From Gammaproteobacteria bacterium (GTDB lineage: Bacteria; Pseudomonadota; Gammaproteobacteria; Steroidobacterales; Woeseiaceae), in NCBI GenBank assembly GCA_018677555.1, contig JAHHOT010000072.1, positions 4,737 to 68,736 on the forward strand: 64,000 nucleotides of DNA, written 5' to 3'. Under the pieces are notes generated by a model. That model had not been told where the DNA came from. It ran no database searches and was given only the letters and a program-made list of their open reading frames with translations. The number at the start of each line of letters is the position of its first letter. Within the stretch, counting starts at the first letter, position 1. Positions 27,549-36,687 of the stretch are shown in pieces. Both the position numbers and the translations under genes were made by a program.

Positions 27549-28418
27549 TCAGTCGAGAAGATCGTCGTTGCGATTCTCGCCTTTCCGGGCGGCGTAGTGG
27601 ACGGGAAGTGCCCGGCCGTAAAGCTGCATGGCACGTTCGACTTTCGCCACCATTCCCGGCCGGTCGACGAATGAGAAAATACCGACGTAGCGGCGGCGCT
27701 GTCCCTGCACGGCGGTAACACGATGCAGCGAGTAACGACCCTTGAAGATTTGCAGATCGCCGGGATTCAATTGCAGGCTTCGAACCAGGCCATGGTCGCC
27801 ATCGAGGATAGCCTGGACCCCTGCGTAGTTCTCCGCCGCGGCCGAACGCAGGTTCGGGACGTATTCGAACAGCCCACCAGCCTCTCCGTTTTGTATGGAC
27901 AGCGTCACGGTGTAATTGTTGGTATCGAAGTGCCATGGAAACCCGCTGCCATGCTCGACGACGTTGATGATAACGTCCGCCAGAGGGTCCGCATAGCGAT
28001 GGAAACTGCGCTCTTCAAGCGCATCCCGGATAAACGCCATGAGCGGCGGCCACTCGTAGAGGGCGCGCAATGGACTCTGCGCAGCGAAATTGTCGGCCGG
28101 CACGAACGCATTCGAGCGATCGTAAAAACGCCGCACCGGATGCGCCCGTGGCAGCGACTCGTCATCGCGCGTGAAATAGGCATTGGTCCGGTTGAATGAA
28201 CGGTGTGCGTGGGGAGCCACTGAATCAGCTTCTTCGACGAGCGCGGGAACGTGTTGCGCCCGGATGAAGCCGGGCACTACGGCACAACCGACCGAACGCA
28301 GCTCGTCCCGCAATCGGCTGATTAACTGTGTGTAAGTGGCGGAGCTGATATTGCCGATCGGATAGCGTTCGGTGTCAACATAATCCTGTGCAAGTAACAT
28401 CGGGCAATACCCCGTCAA
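27549..28418 (-). CDS. Fe(II)/2OG-dependent oxygenase-like protein (HxD type, so a predicted hydroxylase rather than a halogenase)
   Basis: FPWHFDTNNY (HxD) and a distal GRYSLHRV His, with a jelly-roll-like C-terminal half. The family subtype is not resolved by eye. Confidence 0.55.
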   Translation of the reverse strand: MTGYCPMLLAQDYVDTERYPIGNISSATYTQLISRLRDELRSVGCAVVPGFIRAQHVPALVEEADSVAPHAHRSFNRTNAYFTRDDESLPRAHPVRRFYDRSNAFVPADNFAAQSPLRALYEWPPLMAFIRDALEERSFHRYADPLADVIINVVEHGSGFPWHFDTNNYTVTLSIQNGEAGGLFEYVPNLRSAAAENYAGVQAILDGDHGLVRSLQLNPGDLQIFKGRYSLHRVTAVQGQRRRYVGIFSFVDRPGMVAKVERAMQLYGRALPVHYAARKGENRNDDLLD

Positions 28419-28699
28419 AAAATCAGCCAGGCACGCAGCCGTTTGTTCCGGCCTGCGCTAATCGAACTGCAGCATTGGCTTGCAGACATCGTGATGTCCA
28501 GCGGTTACCGCTCGACGGCCCGTCAACCCAGCCAATAACAACACGTCTCCGTTTGGGAAACGCCGGAAAATGACAGGCTATATAACGATTGTGCATAATG
28601 AAACGAAGACGACTGCTTTGACAGGCGAATAAAAACAATAATAACGGTGCGCCAGTTTACATAATCTGAATCGCGCCACACAGCATTCAGGGGAAAACT

Positions 28700-31183
28700 A
28701 TGTTGTCTCGTAGCTCGTTCATCGTGAGCGTTCTCTTTTTGTGTGGGTCACTCTCCGCAACAAATCTCGTGTACGCCGCCGAACCGCAATACGTTACCTT
28801 GCCGGATCAATACATCATCACCTTCCGCGACGGAATGACACGCCAGCAGGTTCTGACACTGACCCGGCAGATGACGACACAGCACGGCCTGCGCCTGCGC
28901 CACACCTTCAAGAACACCATCAAGGGATTCTCGGCGGCCTTTCCGCCTGGCGTTGCCGAATCCCTGCGCAGTCATCCAGACGTTATTGCCGTGGAACAGA
29001 ACGGATACTGGTACATCGAAGGCAGTCGCAGCGTCATTCAGACCGTTGACGCGCCGACCAATCTGCTCGTAACGGCCGTCGGCGATACGCAACTGGACGT
29101 CACCTGGACGGACAACGCGACGACTGACCAGGGCAGCATTGTCGAGCGCTCGACGACCGGAATCGGCGGCACCTATACGCAGGTCGCGTTGATGATCGGC
29201 GCGAACATCACGAGCTACAGCGACACCGATGTTGTGGTCGGACAGGAGTATTGCTACCAGGTTCGTGTGGGCGAGGGACCGGGTGTTCTCGGCCCGTTCT
29301 CGGACCCTGCCTGCGGCAGCATTGTCGATGATCCGCCGACCGATCCGCCGGTAGCACCGACCGGCCTGACAGCTACAACGATTGACGATCAGCGCATCGA
29401 CCTTGACTGGGTCGACGAGTCGGATGACGAAACCGGGTTCCGCATCGAGCGCTCCACGGGCGCGGGCGGCGCGTTTGCAGAGATTGACCTGACCGGCACA
29501 AACGTCAGCAACTACTCCGACACCGCGCTGGACGCCGATACCGAATACTGTTACCGGGTGGCCGCCTACAACGACATCGGCGACTCGGCGTTCACGGCCG
29601 ATGTCTGCGCGACAACGGACTCGGAGCCGCCGGCAACCGCACCGCTCGGCGCGCCGACGGGCATGAGCGCGACGGCGATCGGCGAAACCCAGATCGACGT
29701 CACCTGGACCGACAACGCTACGGAAGAGGCCGGCTTCGACATCCAGCGCTCGACTACGGGCATCGACGGCACCTATACCTCACTCGGGGTTATCGCTGCG
29801 AACAGCACGAGTTACTCGGATACGACCGTCGTGGCGGACACCGAATATTGCTACCGCATTCGAGCTGGTCGCGGCGCCGGTGACCTGGGCGAGTTCTCGG
29901 CAAGCGTTTGCGCGACCCCGGGTACGCCCGATCCAAGCGATCCGCCAGCTGCGCCGGACGGGCTTGCGACAACCGTCGTCAGCTTCTCGCGCATCGACAT
30001 TGACTGGAACGACAATTCCGACAACGAAGACGGCTTCGAAATCGAACGTGCCACCGGCGCGGGCGGTGCTTTCGCGCAAATCGATGTCGTCGGTTCCGGC
30101 GTTACGACCTACCAGGACAGCACCCTGGTCGCGGAGACCGAATACTGCTACCGCGTACGTGCGTACAACAGTGTTGGCGACTCGGACTACACCGCCGAGG
30201 TATGCGCTACCACGCCGGAAGAGCCGGTGACCGGCGAATGTACCGATCCCGGAAATCACGACGACCTGAGCGAGACCTGGGGCATCACGCAGATCAAGGC
30301 TGATCTCAACACGACCTGGCAAGCCGCGCAGTCTGCGGGATGTGAGCTGACGCCGTGGTTCTTCGGTTTGGATACCGGCGTTGACAGCGATCACGACGAC
30401 CTCAACGTTGCCGAAATCATGGGGCATCTCGCCGCCGATCCAGGCCACAGTGGCGAAGACGGCCACGGTCATGGCACCCACACCGCGGGCACCGCTGCTG
30501 CGATTGATGGCAACGATGGCGTTACCGGAGTGGCGCCGGGTGCGTCCGTTTACGGCTTCAAGGTCTGCGACGACGCCGGCTCCTGCGCGATCGACGACAT
30601 CGTGTCCGGCGTCGACGAGGTGACTGCGCGCAGAAATGCCAACCCGGATCAGCCAATGGTGGTCAACATGAGCCTTGGCGGCGGCGCTAACGAAGCAAAC
30701 GACACCGCCGTGCGCCGTGCAGTCAACGCCGGCGTTACCGTGGCCCTGTCCGCGGGCAACGGTTCATTGGGTGCCTGTCTGTTCCCGGCCGATAGTCAGA
30801 ACAATTCGCCGGCGAGAACCGGCGATGACCTGATCAACGCACAGGACGGCAGCGACGGCGACACCGCCAGGATCAACGGCATCATCACGACCACATCGAC
30901 AGACACAACCGACAGTGACGTCAACTGCAACTTCGGCAACCCTGTCACTGTTGCAGCGCCAGGCGACAACATCTGGTCAACCTGGCTCGACAACGGTCAC
31001 GCGTTCTCGAGTGGCACGTCGATGGCCAGCCCGCACGCTGCGGGAGCGGCAATCCTGTACCTGCACAACAATCCGGACGCCGCGCCGGTCGATGTCGAAC
31101 AGGCAATCGTCAACGAGCTGGATCCGTGGACGACCGACGAAACGCCAAACGCGGACGGCCGCCTCGATGCCGAAACGCTTTGA
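28700..31183 (+). CDS. secreted subtilisin-like serine protease (S8) with I9 propeptide and four internal Fn3-like repeats
   Basis: Signal peptide MLSRSSFIVSVLFLCGSLSATNLVYA. I9 inhibitor-like YIITFRDGMTRQQV...FKNTIKGFSAAF...DVIAVEQN. Catalytic triad blocks GLDTGVDSDHDDL, HGHGTHTAGTAAA and SGTSMASPHAAGAA, plus oxyanion SAGNG. Confidence 0.9.
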   Translation: MLSRSSFIVSVLFLCGSLSATNLVYAAEPQYVTLPDQYIITFRDGMTRQQVLTLTRQMTTQHGLRLRHTFKNTIKGFSAAFPPGVAESLRSHPDVIAVEQNGYWYIEGSRSVIQTVDAPTNLLVTAVGDTQLDVTWTDNATTDQGSIVERSTTGIGGTYTQVALMIGANITSYSDTDVVVGQEYCYQVRVGEGPGVLGPFSDPACGSIVDDPPTDPPVAPTGLTATTIDDQRIDLDWVDESDDETGFRIERSTGAGGAFAEIDLTGTNVSNYSDTALDADTEYCYRVAAYNDIGDSAFTADVCATTDSEPPATAPLGAPTGMSATAIGETQIDVTWTDNATEEAGFDIQRSTTGIDGTYTSLGVIAANSTSYSDTTVVADTEYCYRIRAGRGAGDLGEFSASVCATPGTPDPSDPPAAPDGLATTVVSFSRIDIDWNDNSDNEDGFEIERATGAGGAFAQIDVVGSGVTTYQDSTLVAETEYCYRVRAYNSVGDSDYTAEVCATTPEEPVTGECTDPGNHDDLSETWGITQIKADLNTTWQAAQSAGCELTPWFFGLDTGVDSDHDDLNVAEIMGHLAADPGHSGEDGHGHGTHTAGTAAAIDGNDGVTGVAPGASVYGFKVCDDAGSCAIDDIVSGVDEVTARRNANPDQPMVVNMSLGGGANEANDTAVRRAVNAGVTVALSAGNGSLGACLFPADSQNNSPARTGDDLINAQDGSDGDTARINGIITTTSTDTTDSDVNCNFGNPVTVAAPGDNIWSTWLDNGHAFSSGTSMASPHAAGAAILYLHNNPDAAPVDVEQAIVNELDPWTTDETPNADGRLDAETL
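29051..30211 (+). repeat. four tandem Fn3-like coding repeats in an A-B-A-B pattern (period about 600 nt for the A-B pair)
   Basis: Repeats start at aa 118, 219, 318 and 418. R1/R3 share QxDVTWTDNAT..(E/Q)RSTTGI.GTYT..SYSDT; R2/R4 share RIDxDWxDxSD.E.GFxIER.TGAGGAFAxID. Each has a conserved EYCY(R/Q)V...C pair of cysteines. Confidence 0.8.
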
Positions 31184-31227
31184 GTATTCAGCAGGCTTCA
31201 GGCTCCCGCTAACGTAAGGGGGGGGGT

Positions 31228-31268
31228 AAGGCCGAGCCGGACCCTGGCGTCCGGTTCGGCCTTGTTTT
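31228..31268 (+). terminator. Rho-independent terminator downstream of the protease gene
   Basis: 15-bp stem AAGGCCGAGCCGGAC / GTCCGGTTCGGCCTT (one G-U pair), 6-nt loop, then GTTTT. It lies between convergent genes and is preceded by a G9 run at 31218-31226. Confidence 0.75.
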
Positions 31269-31283
31269 AACGGGCGCCTGGCA

Positions 31284-32021
31284 TCAGCGCTCGAAGTCGG
31301 GCGTGCGCACCTTGGTCTGATGGCCGGCGAAGGTATTGCCCATCTGGTCCTCGCCTTTCATGTAGCTGCGCTGCCAGCCGGCCTTGACGGCCTCTGATTC
31401 CGGTTTCTTGAGGTCTTCGTTGAACTTCAACCGGTCCTCTCGCCATTTCACATACTGGTCATAAAGTTTGCGGTCTTCGTTGATCACTTTCAGCCTGGCC
31501 TGGAACTTGGCGACATAGTGCCGCGGATACGGCACGATCGTGCAAACCGGTTCGCCTTTCTCGAAGCGCACTTTGTGTCGCTTGCGCGTGAACTGCCAGT
31601 TCATCGTGAACGTGAAGGGCGTCCAGTCTGTTTCGATCAGGCCTTCCAGTGCAGCGATACCGTCTTTAGGACAGTTCGTCGGTCCCTTGACCCAGATATT
31701 GTGCGACTTGCTGGTGCGGAACAGGTAGCCCAGCGAGAATGTAAGCACGCCGTGCCCGAAATGCGACCCAACCAGCGGTGACGCGGGCCCGTCGAAACTG
31801 ATTCGAATGGCATCAAGCCCGTCCTTGCCGTTCCACCTGGCGGTAAACGACGCCGGACAAAGTATGTCCCAGCCCACCTGGTTGGCCATCGAGAGAGGCA
31901 GGCAGCGATAGGCAAAGCGGTCCTGCGTGTCGTCCATCCACTGGCGGCGTCGATGCGCCGTCTGGATGGGCATTGGCTCCTCGACGACCTCGTATGCGGT
32001 GATCTCCAGCTTGTCCTTCAC
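31284..32021 (-). CDS. conserved hypothetical protein (tentatively DUF6065-like)
   Basis: GTG start at 32021 with GAGGGA upstream. FAYRCLPLSMANQVGWDILCP block. No signal peptide and no catalytic motif recognised. Confidence 0.5.
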   Translation of the reverse strand: MKDKLEITAYEVVEEPMPIQTAHRRRQWMDDTQDRFAYRCLPLSMANQVGWDILCPASFTARWNGKDGLDAIRISFDGPASPLVGSHFGHGVLTFSLGYLFRTSKSHNIWVKGPTNCPKDGIAALEGLIETDWTPFTFTMNWQFTRKRHKVRFEKGEPVCTIVPYPRHYVAKFQARLKVINEDRKLYDQYVKWREDRLKFNEDLKKPESEAVKAGWQRSYMKGEDQMGNTFAGHQTKVRTPDFER

Positions 32022-32119
32022 GGCCTGTCCCTCTGGCGAAATTCGTCCTCAGTGTAACGAATTCCACCACGCATTCCGTGCGCCAGGTCTCGCCGGATTC
32101 GCGCCTTTACAGCGCGTTT

Positions 32120-32698
32120 TCAGCGTGCCGCCTGCAGGATTTCCGCGGGTTTCAGGCGCTTCCACAAGTCGCCGGGCTCAGGCGAGAATACCGCCTCCGT
32201 GGTCGCTTTGGCGATATTCCAGCTGCCCTCCAACAACTCACGTTCGAGCTGACCCGGCGACCATCCGGCGTACCCCAGGTACAGTCGCAGACTCGATGCA
32301 TCGGGCTCCAGTGCGAGCAACGCTTCAGTCAGTGGCACCATGTAGACGTTGCCGAATACGTTCACCGCATCCTCGGGCGGCGTTTCGGTCCGCAGAAGAA
32401 GCCGCAGTGTGTGCATCCCGACAGGCCCGCCGAAAAACAGGCTCCCTTCGTATCGGGCCACGCCATCCAGATCCGGTAGCGCTTCGGCAGGATCGATATC
32501 CGTCGGTCGATTGACGATCAGGCCGAGCGTTCCGGCGTCGTTATAACGGAGTATCAAAACCACGGTATGGCGGAACGCCGGGCCGCCCACGAGCTCGGTA
32601 GCTATCAGCAGCCTGCCGGCGCCAGGACTGGTTTCCGCATGGGCCACGGGCGACAGCAAGCAGAAGGATGCAATTAACAAGCGGGTGATATTCGTCAT
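32120..32698 (-). CDS. YqgE/AlgH family (UPF0301) protein with an N-terminal signal peptide
   Basis: FRHTVVLILRYNDAGTLGLIVNRPTD, FFGGPV and LGYAGWSPGQLERELLEGSW blocks are typical of AlgH/YqgE. The N-terminus MTNITRLLIASFCLLSPVAHA-E looks like a Sec signal. Confidence 0.75.
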   Translation of the reverse strand: MTNITRLLIASFCLLSPVAHAETSPGAGRLLIATELVGGPAFRHTVVLILRYNDAGTLGLIVNRPTDIDPAEALPDLDGVARYEGSLFFGGPVGMHTLRLLLRTETPPEDAVNVFGNVYMVPLTEALLALEPDASSLRLYLGYAGWSPGQLERELLEGSWNIAKATTEAVFSPEPGDLWKRLKPAEILQAAR

Positions 32699-32864
32699 AC
32701 CCGCTCAAGTATAGAACGGATAATCCGGTCGCACAGCGTACGCATCCCGGCGTTGCGACTGCCGGGCTGAAAACGGATACCGACACCGCGGCATTGTCGG
32801 GATCGCCACTATTTGCGATGCCGGTATCCGGAGAGGACGGCGCGACAGGCGCGCCGTTTCGTGG

Positions 32865-33515
32865 CTAGTAGATACGTTTGACCGCCACGCGCGCCACCGG
32901 ATTGCGCCAGTCGTAGGCCGACGCTTCGAGGTCGCCGATTCCGTGAATACCGGAACTGATGTGCACGAAGCCTTCGCCGTCTTCGTCGGACGGTCCGGCG
33001 CCACCGCATACCGGCCCGGGAATGTTGGCACAGAGTTCGTCGTTGTGCTCCGAACCCGCATCGTAAGCCGGGACCATGTGTGACGCGTAGTACCTCGGCA
33101 GCCGCACGGTGTTGAGTGCGACGAAGGTATCGTTGGTCGGAATAAGCATGCCGGCAAGGCTCAGGCGATCGAACTTCTTCGTTGCAGATATTTCGACGGT
33201 TACGGACGCGCCCGGACCCAACAGTCCTTCCGAGTTCGCCGTCGCGTACACCTTATCGGGCAGACCGTTCAGCAGGTCCGCCATCGGCGTGATGTTACCG
33301 CTCTCTGCGATCGTGGCCAGCTCCGCGCTGGCGGCATCGCCTGCGCGGAACAGACTGATCGAGCGCTTGTGGCTCACCAGCAGCAGCGGCGTAAACGTCT
33401 GATTTGCGGTGATGTTGGTCACGGTGACCGCATAGCGCCGCTCCCCCGAATGATCCGCGTATGCCGCTGCACTTCCAAGCAGTGTGGCGAGCAGTACCAG
33501 CAGGATTTTTTTCAT
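32865..33515 (-). CDS. secreted spondin_N domain protein
   Basis: ORF 32865..33596; I prefer ATG 33515 (MKKILLVLLATLLGSAAAYA, AAGGAG upstream). YAVTVTNITANQTFTPLLLVSH ... FRAGDAASAELATIAESGN pattern. Confidence 0.7.
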   Translation of the reverse strand: MKKILLVLLATLLGSAAAYADHSGERRYAVTVTNITANQTFTPLLLVSHKRSISLFRAGDAASAELATIAESGNITPMADLLNGLPDKVYATANSEGLLGPGASVTVEISATKKFDRLSLAGMLIPTNDTFVALNTVRLPRYYASHMVPAYDAGSEHNDELCANIPGPVCGGAGPSDEDGEGFVHISSGIHGIGDLEASAYDWRNPVARVAVKRIY

Positions 33516-33701
33516 CGTTGTTCTCCTTCGTCGTGAGCCGATTGCCGGCCCGGTGCCGGATCGTCTGCAGCGGATACGGTAGACGGCAATGTTCACGTGC
33601 GTATCACCGCGGCGACGGCGGTCTGTGATATTTGCGTGATATCCGGGGTCTATTCTTTACCGGCAGATGCGAAGCGCCTGACCCATGCGGAGCCCGGCGG
33701 C

Positions 33702-34424
33702 ATGAAAAACAAGAAAATCCTCGTGGTTGAGGACGAACAGGATATTGCCGATCTGTTGCTGTTACACCTCGCCGACCTCAGCGACGACGTCGAACTGGCG
33801 GCCGACGGTCACGCAGGGCTACGGCTGGCAACGTCCCGCCACTGGGACCTGATCGTACTCGACCTGCGGCTACCCGGACCGGACGGCCTGGAGATTTGCC
33901 GTGCGGTGCGCCTTAAGGACACCTACACGCCTATCCTGATGCTGACCTCGAAGTCGTCGGAACTCGACCGCGTACTTGGACTCGAGTTGGGCGCCGACGA
34001 CTACATGACCAAGCCGTTCAGCGTGCTGGAACTGATGGCCCGGGTCCGCGCCATATTTCGCCAGGTAGAAGCCATCGAAAACGAGTCACGGTTTTCGACG
34101 GACCGGATACGCATCGGCCCGCTGCTGATCAATTCCGCCGCACGGGTCGTGAAAAAGGGCGACGACCAGGTCGACCTTACGGCACGCGAATTCGACCTGC
34201 TGTTGCACTTCGCGACGCATCCGGGCCGCGTATTCCGCCGCTCCGAACTCCTCGACCGTGTGTGGGGTCACGGCCACGAAGGCTACGAACATACGGTCAA
34301 CTCACACATCAACCGGCTGCGCTCGAAGATCGAGGACAACCCTGCCGACCCTGCCTGCATCGTTACCGTCTGGGGCGTCGGCTACAAGCTCGATGACTCC
34401 GGAATGAGGGAGTCAACGCGATGA
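33702..34424 (+). CDS. OmpR-family two-component response regulator
   Basis: ORF 33597..34424; I prefer ATG 33702 (MKNKKILVVEDEQDIADLL). Receiver Asp in LIVLDLRLPG. Winged-helix C-terminus (LTAREFDLLLHFATHPGRVFRR..., VWGVGYKL). Confidence 0.9.
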   Translation: MKNKKILVVEDEQDIADLLLLHLADLSDDVELAADGHAGLRLATSRHWDLIVLDLRLPGPDGLEICRAVRLKDTYTPILMLTSKSSELDRVLGLELGADDYMTKPFSVLELMARVRAIFRQVEAIENESRFSTDRIRIGPLLINSAARVVKKGDDQVDLTAREFDLLLHFATHPGRVFRRSELLDRVWGHGHEGYEHTVNSHINRLRSKIEDNPADPACIVTVWGVGYKLDDSGMRESTR

Positions 34425-35902
34425 GGACGCTGTACGCCAAACTGTCCTTCGCGATGATTGCGATCATCGCAATCGTCGGCGCCGGATTTGTGGTCATCTA
34501 CCAGGCAGCGACAACGCTCTACTACGAAGAACTGACGCAGCGCCTCAACGCGCCGATTGCCATGTACGTGACCGGCGAACAAGCGCTCATGCGTCCCGAC
34601 GGCGCTGTCGATCAGGCGGCACTGAAAGAACTGGCGCACCGAGCGATGATCATCAATCCCGCGATAGAGGTTTACCTTCTGGACGCGAACGGGCGGATAC
34701 TCGGCCATGCCTTGCCGCCGGAGTCCGTGCTCCTGAACCAGGTATCCGTTCAGCCGGTGCAGCGCTTGATCGAAGGCAATGTCGAGATGCCGTTCAAGGG
34801 CGCTGACCCACGGAATCCCGCGCGGGACAAGATTTTTTCAGCCGCGGAAGTCCGTAGCGACGACGGCGTGCTACTCGGGTACCTGTATGTCGTCCTGGGC
34901 GGCCAGAAGTATGACGAGCTGGTGACCACGCTACAGGGAAGCTACGCAAGAGATCTCGGTGTCTGGGCAATCCTGGCGCTGACGATGCTCGCGGCCGGCA
35001 TCGGGGTCGTTGCGTTCGGCTTGTTGACGCGCCGGCTGCGCAAGCTGACGTTGACCGTGCAGCAATTTGGCGACGGCAACTTCGAATCGGCCCTGCCGGA
35101 CGCCGAACCGGGTCGCGGTAACGACGAAATCGATCAGCTGGACACCACGTTTCGCGCCATGGCGGTGCGCATCAGCGATCAACTCGACCGCCTCAGGGAA
35201 ACCGACCGGCTGCGACGCGAGCTCGTCACCAACGTGTCGCATGACCTGCGAACGCCGCTGGCATCGATGCAGGGCTACCTGGAGACCCTGCTGATCAAGA
35301 ACGGCTCGTTATCGGATGTCGAAAGAGAGCGTTGCCTCAGCATCGCGAGAAAAAACACGCAACGGCTTGGCGAACTCGTGGACGACCTGTTCGAGCTGTC
35401 CAAGCTCGATTCGGCGAGCGTCACCCCGGTATTCGAGTCGTTTTCCCTCGCCGAGCTGCTGCAGGACACGGCGCAGGAATTCGAACTGCACGCCCGCGAG
35501 AAGAATATCGACATAGAGATCGCTGCCCCGGCAGATGCCACGCAGGTTTACGCGGATATCGGCCTTATCCAGCGCGTTCTCGAAAACCTCATCCGCAATG
35601 CCATCCAGTTCACTTCCGCCGACGGGCACATACGGATAACGGTCGACAAGCTGCCCGAACGCGTTGCAGTTTCCGTCAGCGACGATGGCTGCGGCATACC
35701 GGAATCCGAAATCGGCCGTATTTTCGATCGCTTCTACCACCGGCAGGCCGCGAACAACAGGCGCTCGGGCGCCGCCGGCCTGGGCCTCGCTATCGTGAAA
35801 CGTATCCTGGATCTTCACGGCAGCCGCATCACGGTGACCAGCGAAGTCGATCGCGGCACGCGCTTCGAATTCGACCTCCCGGGGAAGCAGCTGGCGGCCT
35901 AA
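34421..35902 (+). CDS. sensor histidine kinase (periplasmic sensor, HAMP, HisKA, HATPase_c)
   Basis: ATGA overlap with the regulator gene. Two TM segments, H-box VSHDLRTPLASMQGYLE, and N/G boxes (LIRNAIQFT, DDGCGIP, GLGLAIVKRI). Confidence 0.9.
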   Translation: MRTLYAKLSFAMIAIIAIVGAGFVVIYQAATTLYYEELTQRLNAPIAMYVTGEQALMRPDGAVDQAALKELAHRAMIINPAIEVYLLDANGRILGHALPPESVLLNQVSVQPVQRLIEGNVEMPFKGADPRNPARDKIFSAAEVRSDDGVLLGYLYVVLGGQKYDELVTTLQGSYARDLGVWAILALTMLAAGIGVVAFGLLTRRLRKLTLTVQQFGDGNFESALPDAEPGRGNDEIDQLDTTFRAMAVRISDQLDRLRETDRLRRELVTNVSHDLRTPLASMQGYLETLLIKNGSLSDVERERCLSIARKNTQRLGELVDDLFELSKLDSASVTPVFESFSLAELLQDTAQEFELHAREKNIDIEIAAPADATQVYADIGLIQRVLENLIRNAIQFTSADGHIRITVDKLPERVAVSVSDDGCGIPESEIGRIFDRFYHRQAANNRRSGAAGLGLAIVKRILDLHGSRITVTSEVDRGTRFEFDLPGKQLAA

Positions 35903-35928
35903 CTACACGGCAGCGCCGCTGCAGGACG

Positions 35929-36549
35929 TTAGAGCGTGAGCTCCGATACGTCGCGATAGTTGCCGATCTTGCCCTTGATAAAACAGTTGAATGCGATCGA
36001 GTATCGCGGCTCGCTCGACGTGTTGGTCTCGACCAGGTGCTGTAATCCGGACGAGAACAGGATCACGTCGTTGCGCTTCGGCTCCACGATATTGGCCGGC
36101 GTGTTGTAGATGTTGCGCTTTTCCGTCTGCGGCGGCAGCTCCAGTTGCTGGTAGGAACGATGCTTCTCGAAGATCATGCGCGCAACGGGCGACGGAAGGT
36201 CCGTGTAGTACAGTGAGCCTGATACCAGCGAATTGGAATGTGAATGCCCGTGCATACCGACGTTCGGGCTGTTGATAAGAGACCAGGACTGGGTGACGTA
36301 GAGCTTCTGGCTGATGCCCATCACCTCGCTGGCATAGATATCCAGCGTTTCCTGAATCGCGTTCTTGATACTGGCCATCTCCGGTTCTTCGAAGATATAC
36401 AGGTTTTCGGAGATCAGGTTGCTCTGGTTGCGCACCATCTTCAGGTTCTTGATGTATTCGACCTGCGCCTCGCTGATGGCATGGCCAATATTTGCGCGCA
36501 TGTACGGCTCGGCGAAAAGGGGTTCGATGTGGTAGTTCTCTGGGGCCAT
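35929..36549 (-). CDS. 2OG-Fe(II) oxygenase-superfamily protein, TIGR02466-like (tentative); paralogue of 26784..27455
   Basis: GMHGHSHSNSLVSGSLYYTD and VILFSSGLQHLVETN blocks. GC looks visibly lower than in the neighbouring genes. Confidence 0.6.
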   Translation of the reverse strand: MAPENYHIEPLFAEPYMRANIGHAISEAQVEYIKNLKMVRNQSNLISENLYIFEEPEMASIKNAIQETLDIYASEVMGISQKLYVTQSWSLINSPNVGMHGHSHSNSLVSGSLYYTDLPSPVARMIFEKHRSYQQLELPPQTEKRNIYNTPANIVEPKRNDVILFSSGLQHLVETNTSSEPRYSIAFNCFIKGKIGNYRDVSELTL

Positions 36550-36687
36550 GAATACGGGTCCAGGCAGCCGGGGTTATAACTTTTAAGCATAAGTGAGGCG
36601 AAATCAAGCTTCACCGCGGGATCAGGCGCTGAGCGACCGCCCGAAGGCGGGCTGCCGGAGGGACTGAGTGGAGCGACGTCGCTGGAT

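Noticed and set aside
31218-31226. G9 tract as a phase-variation switch
   Set aside because: It lies after the protease stop codon in a convergent intergenic region, so it is neither in a coding frame nor in a promoter spacer.
32838-32860. Hairpin ACGGCGCG-N5-CGCGCCGT just after the spondin_N gene as a terminator
   Set aside because: On the transcribed (minus) strand the stem is not followed by a U-tract, so it cannot be called a Rho-independent terminator.
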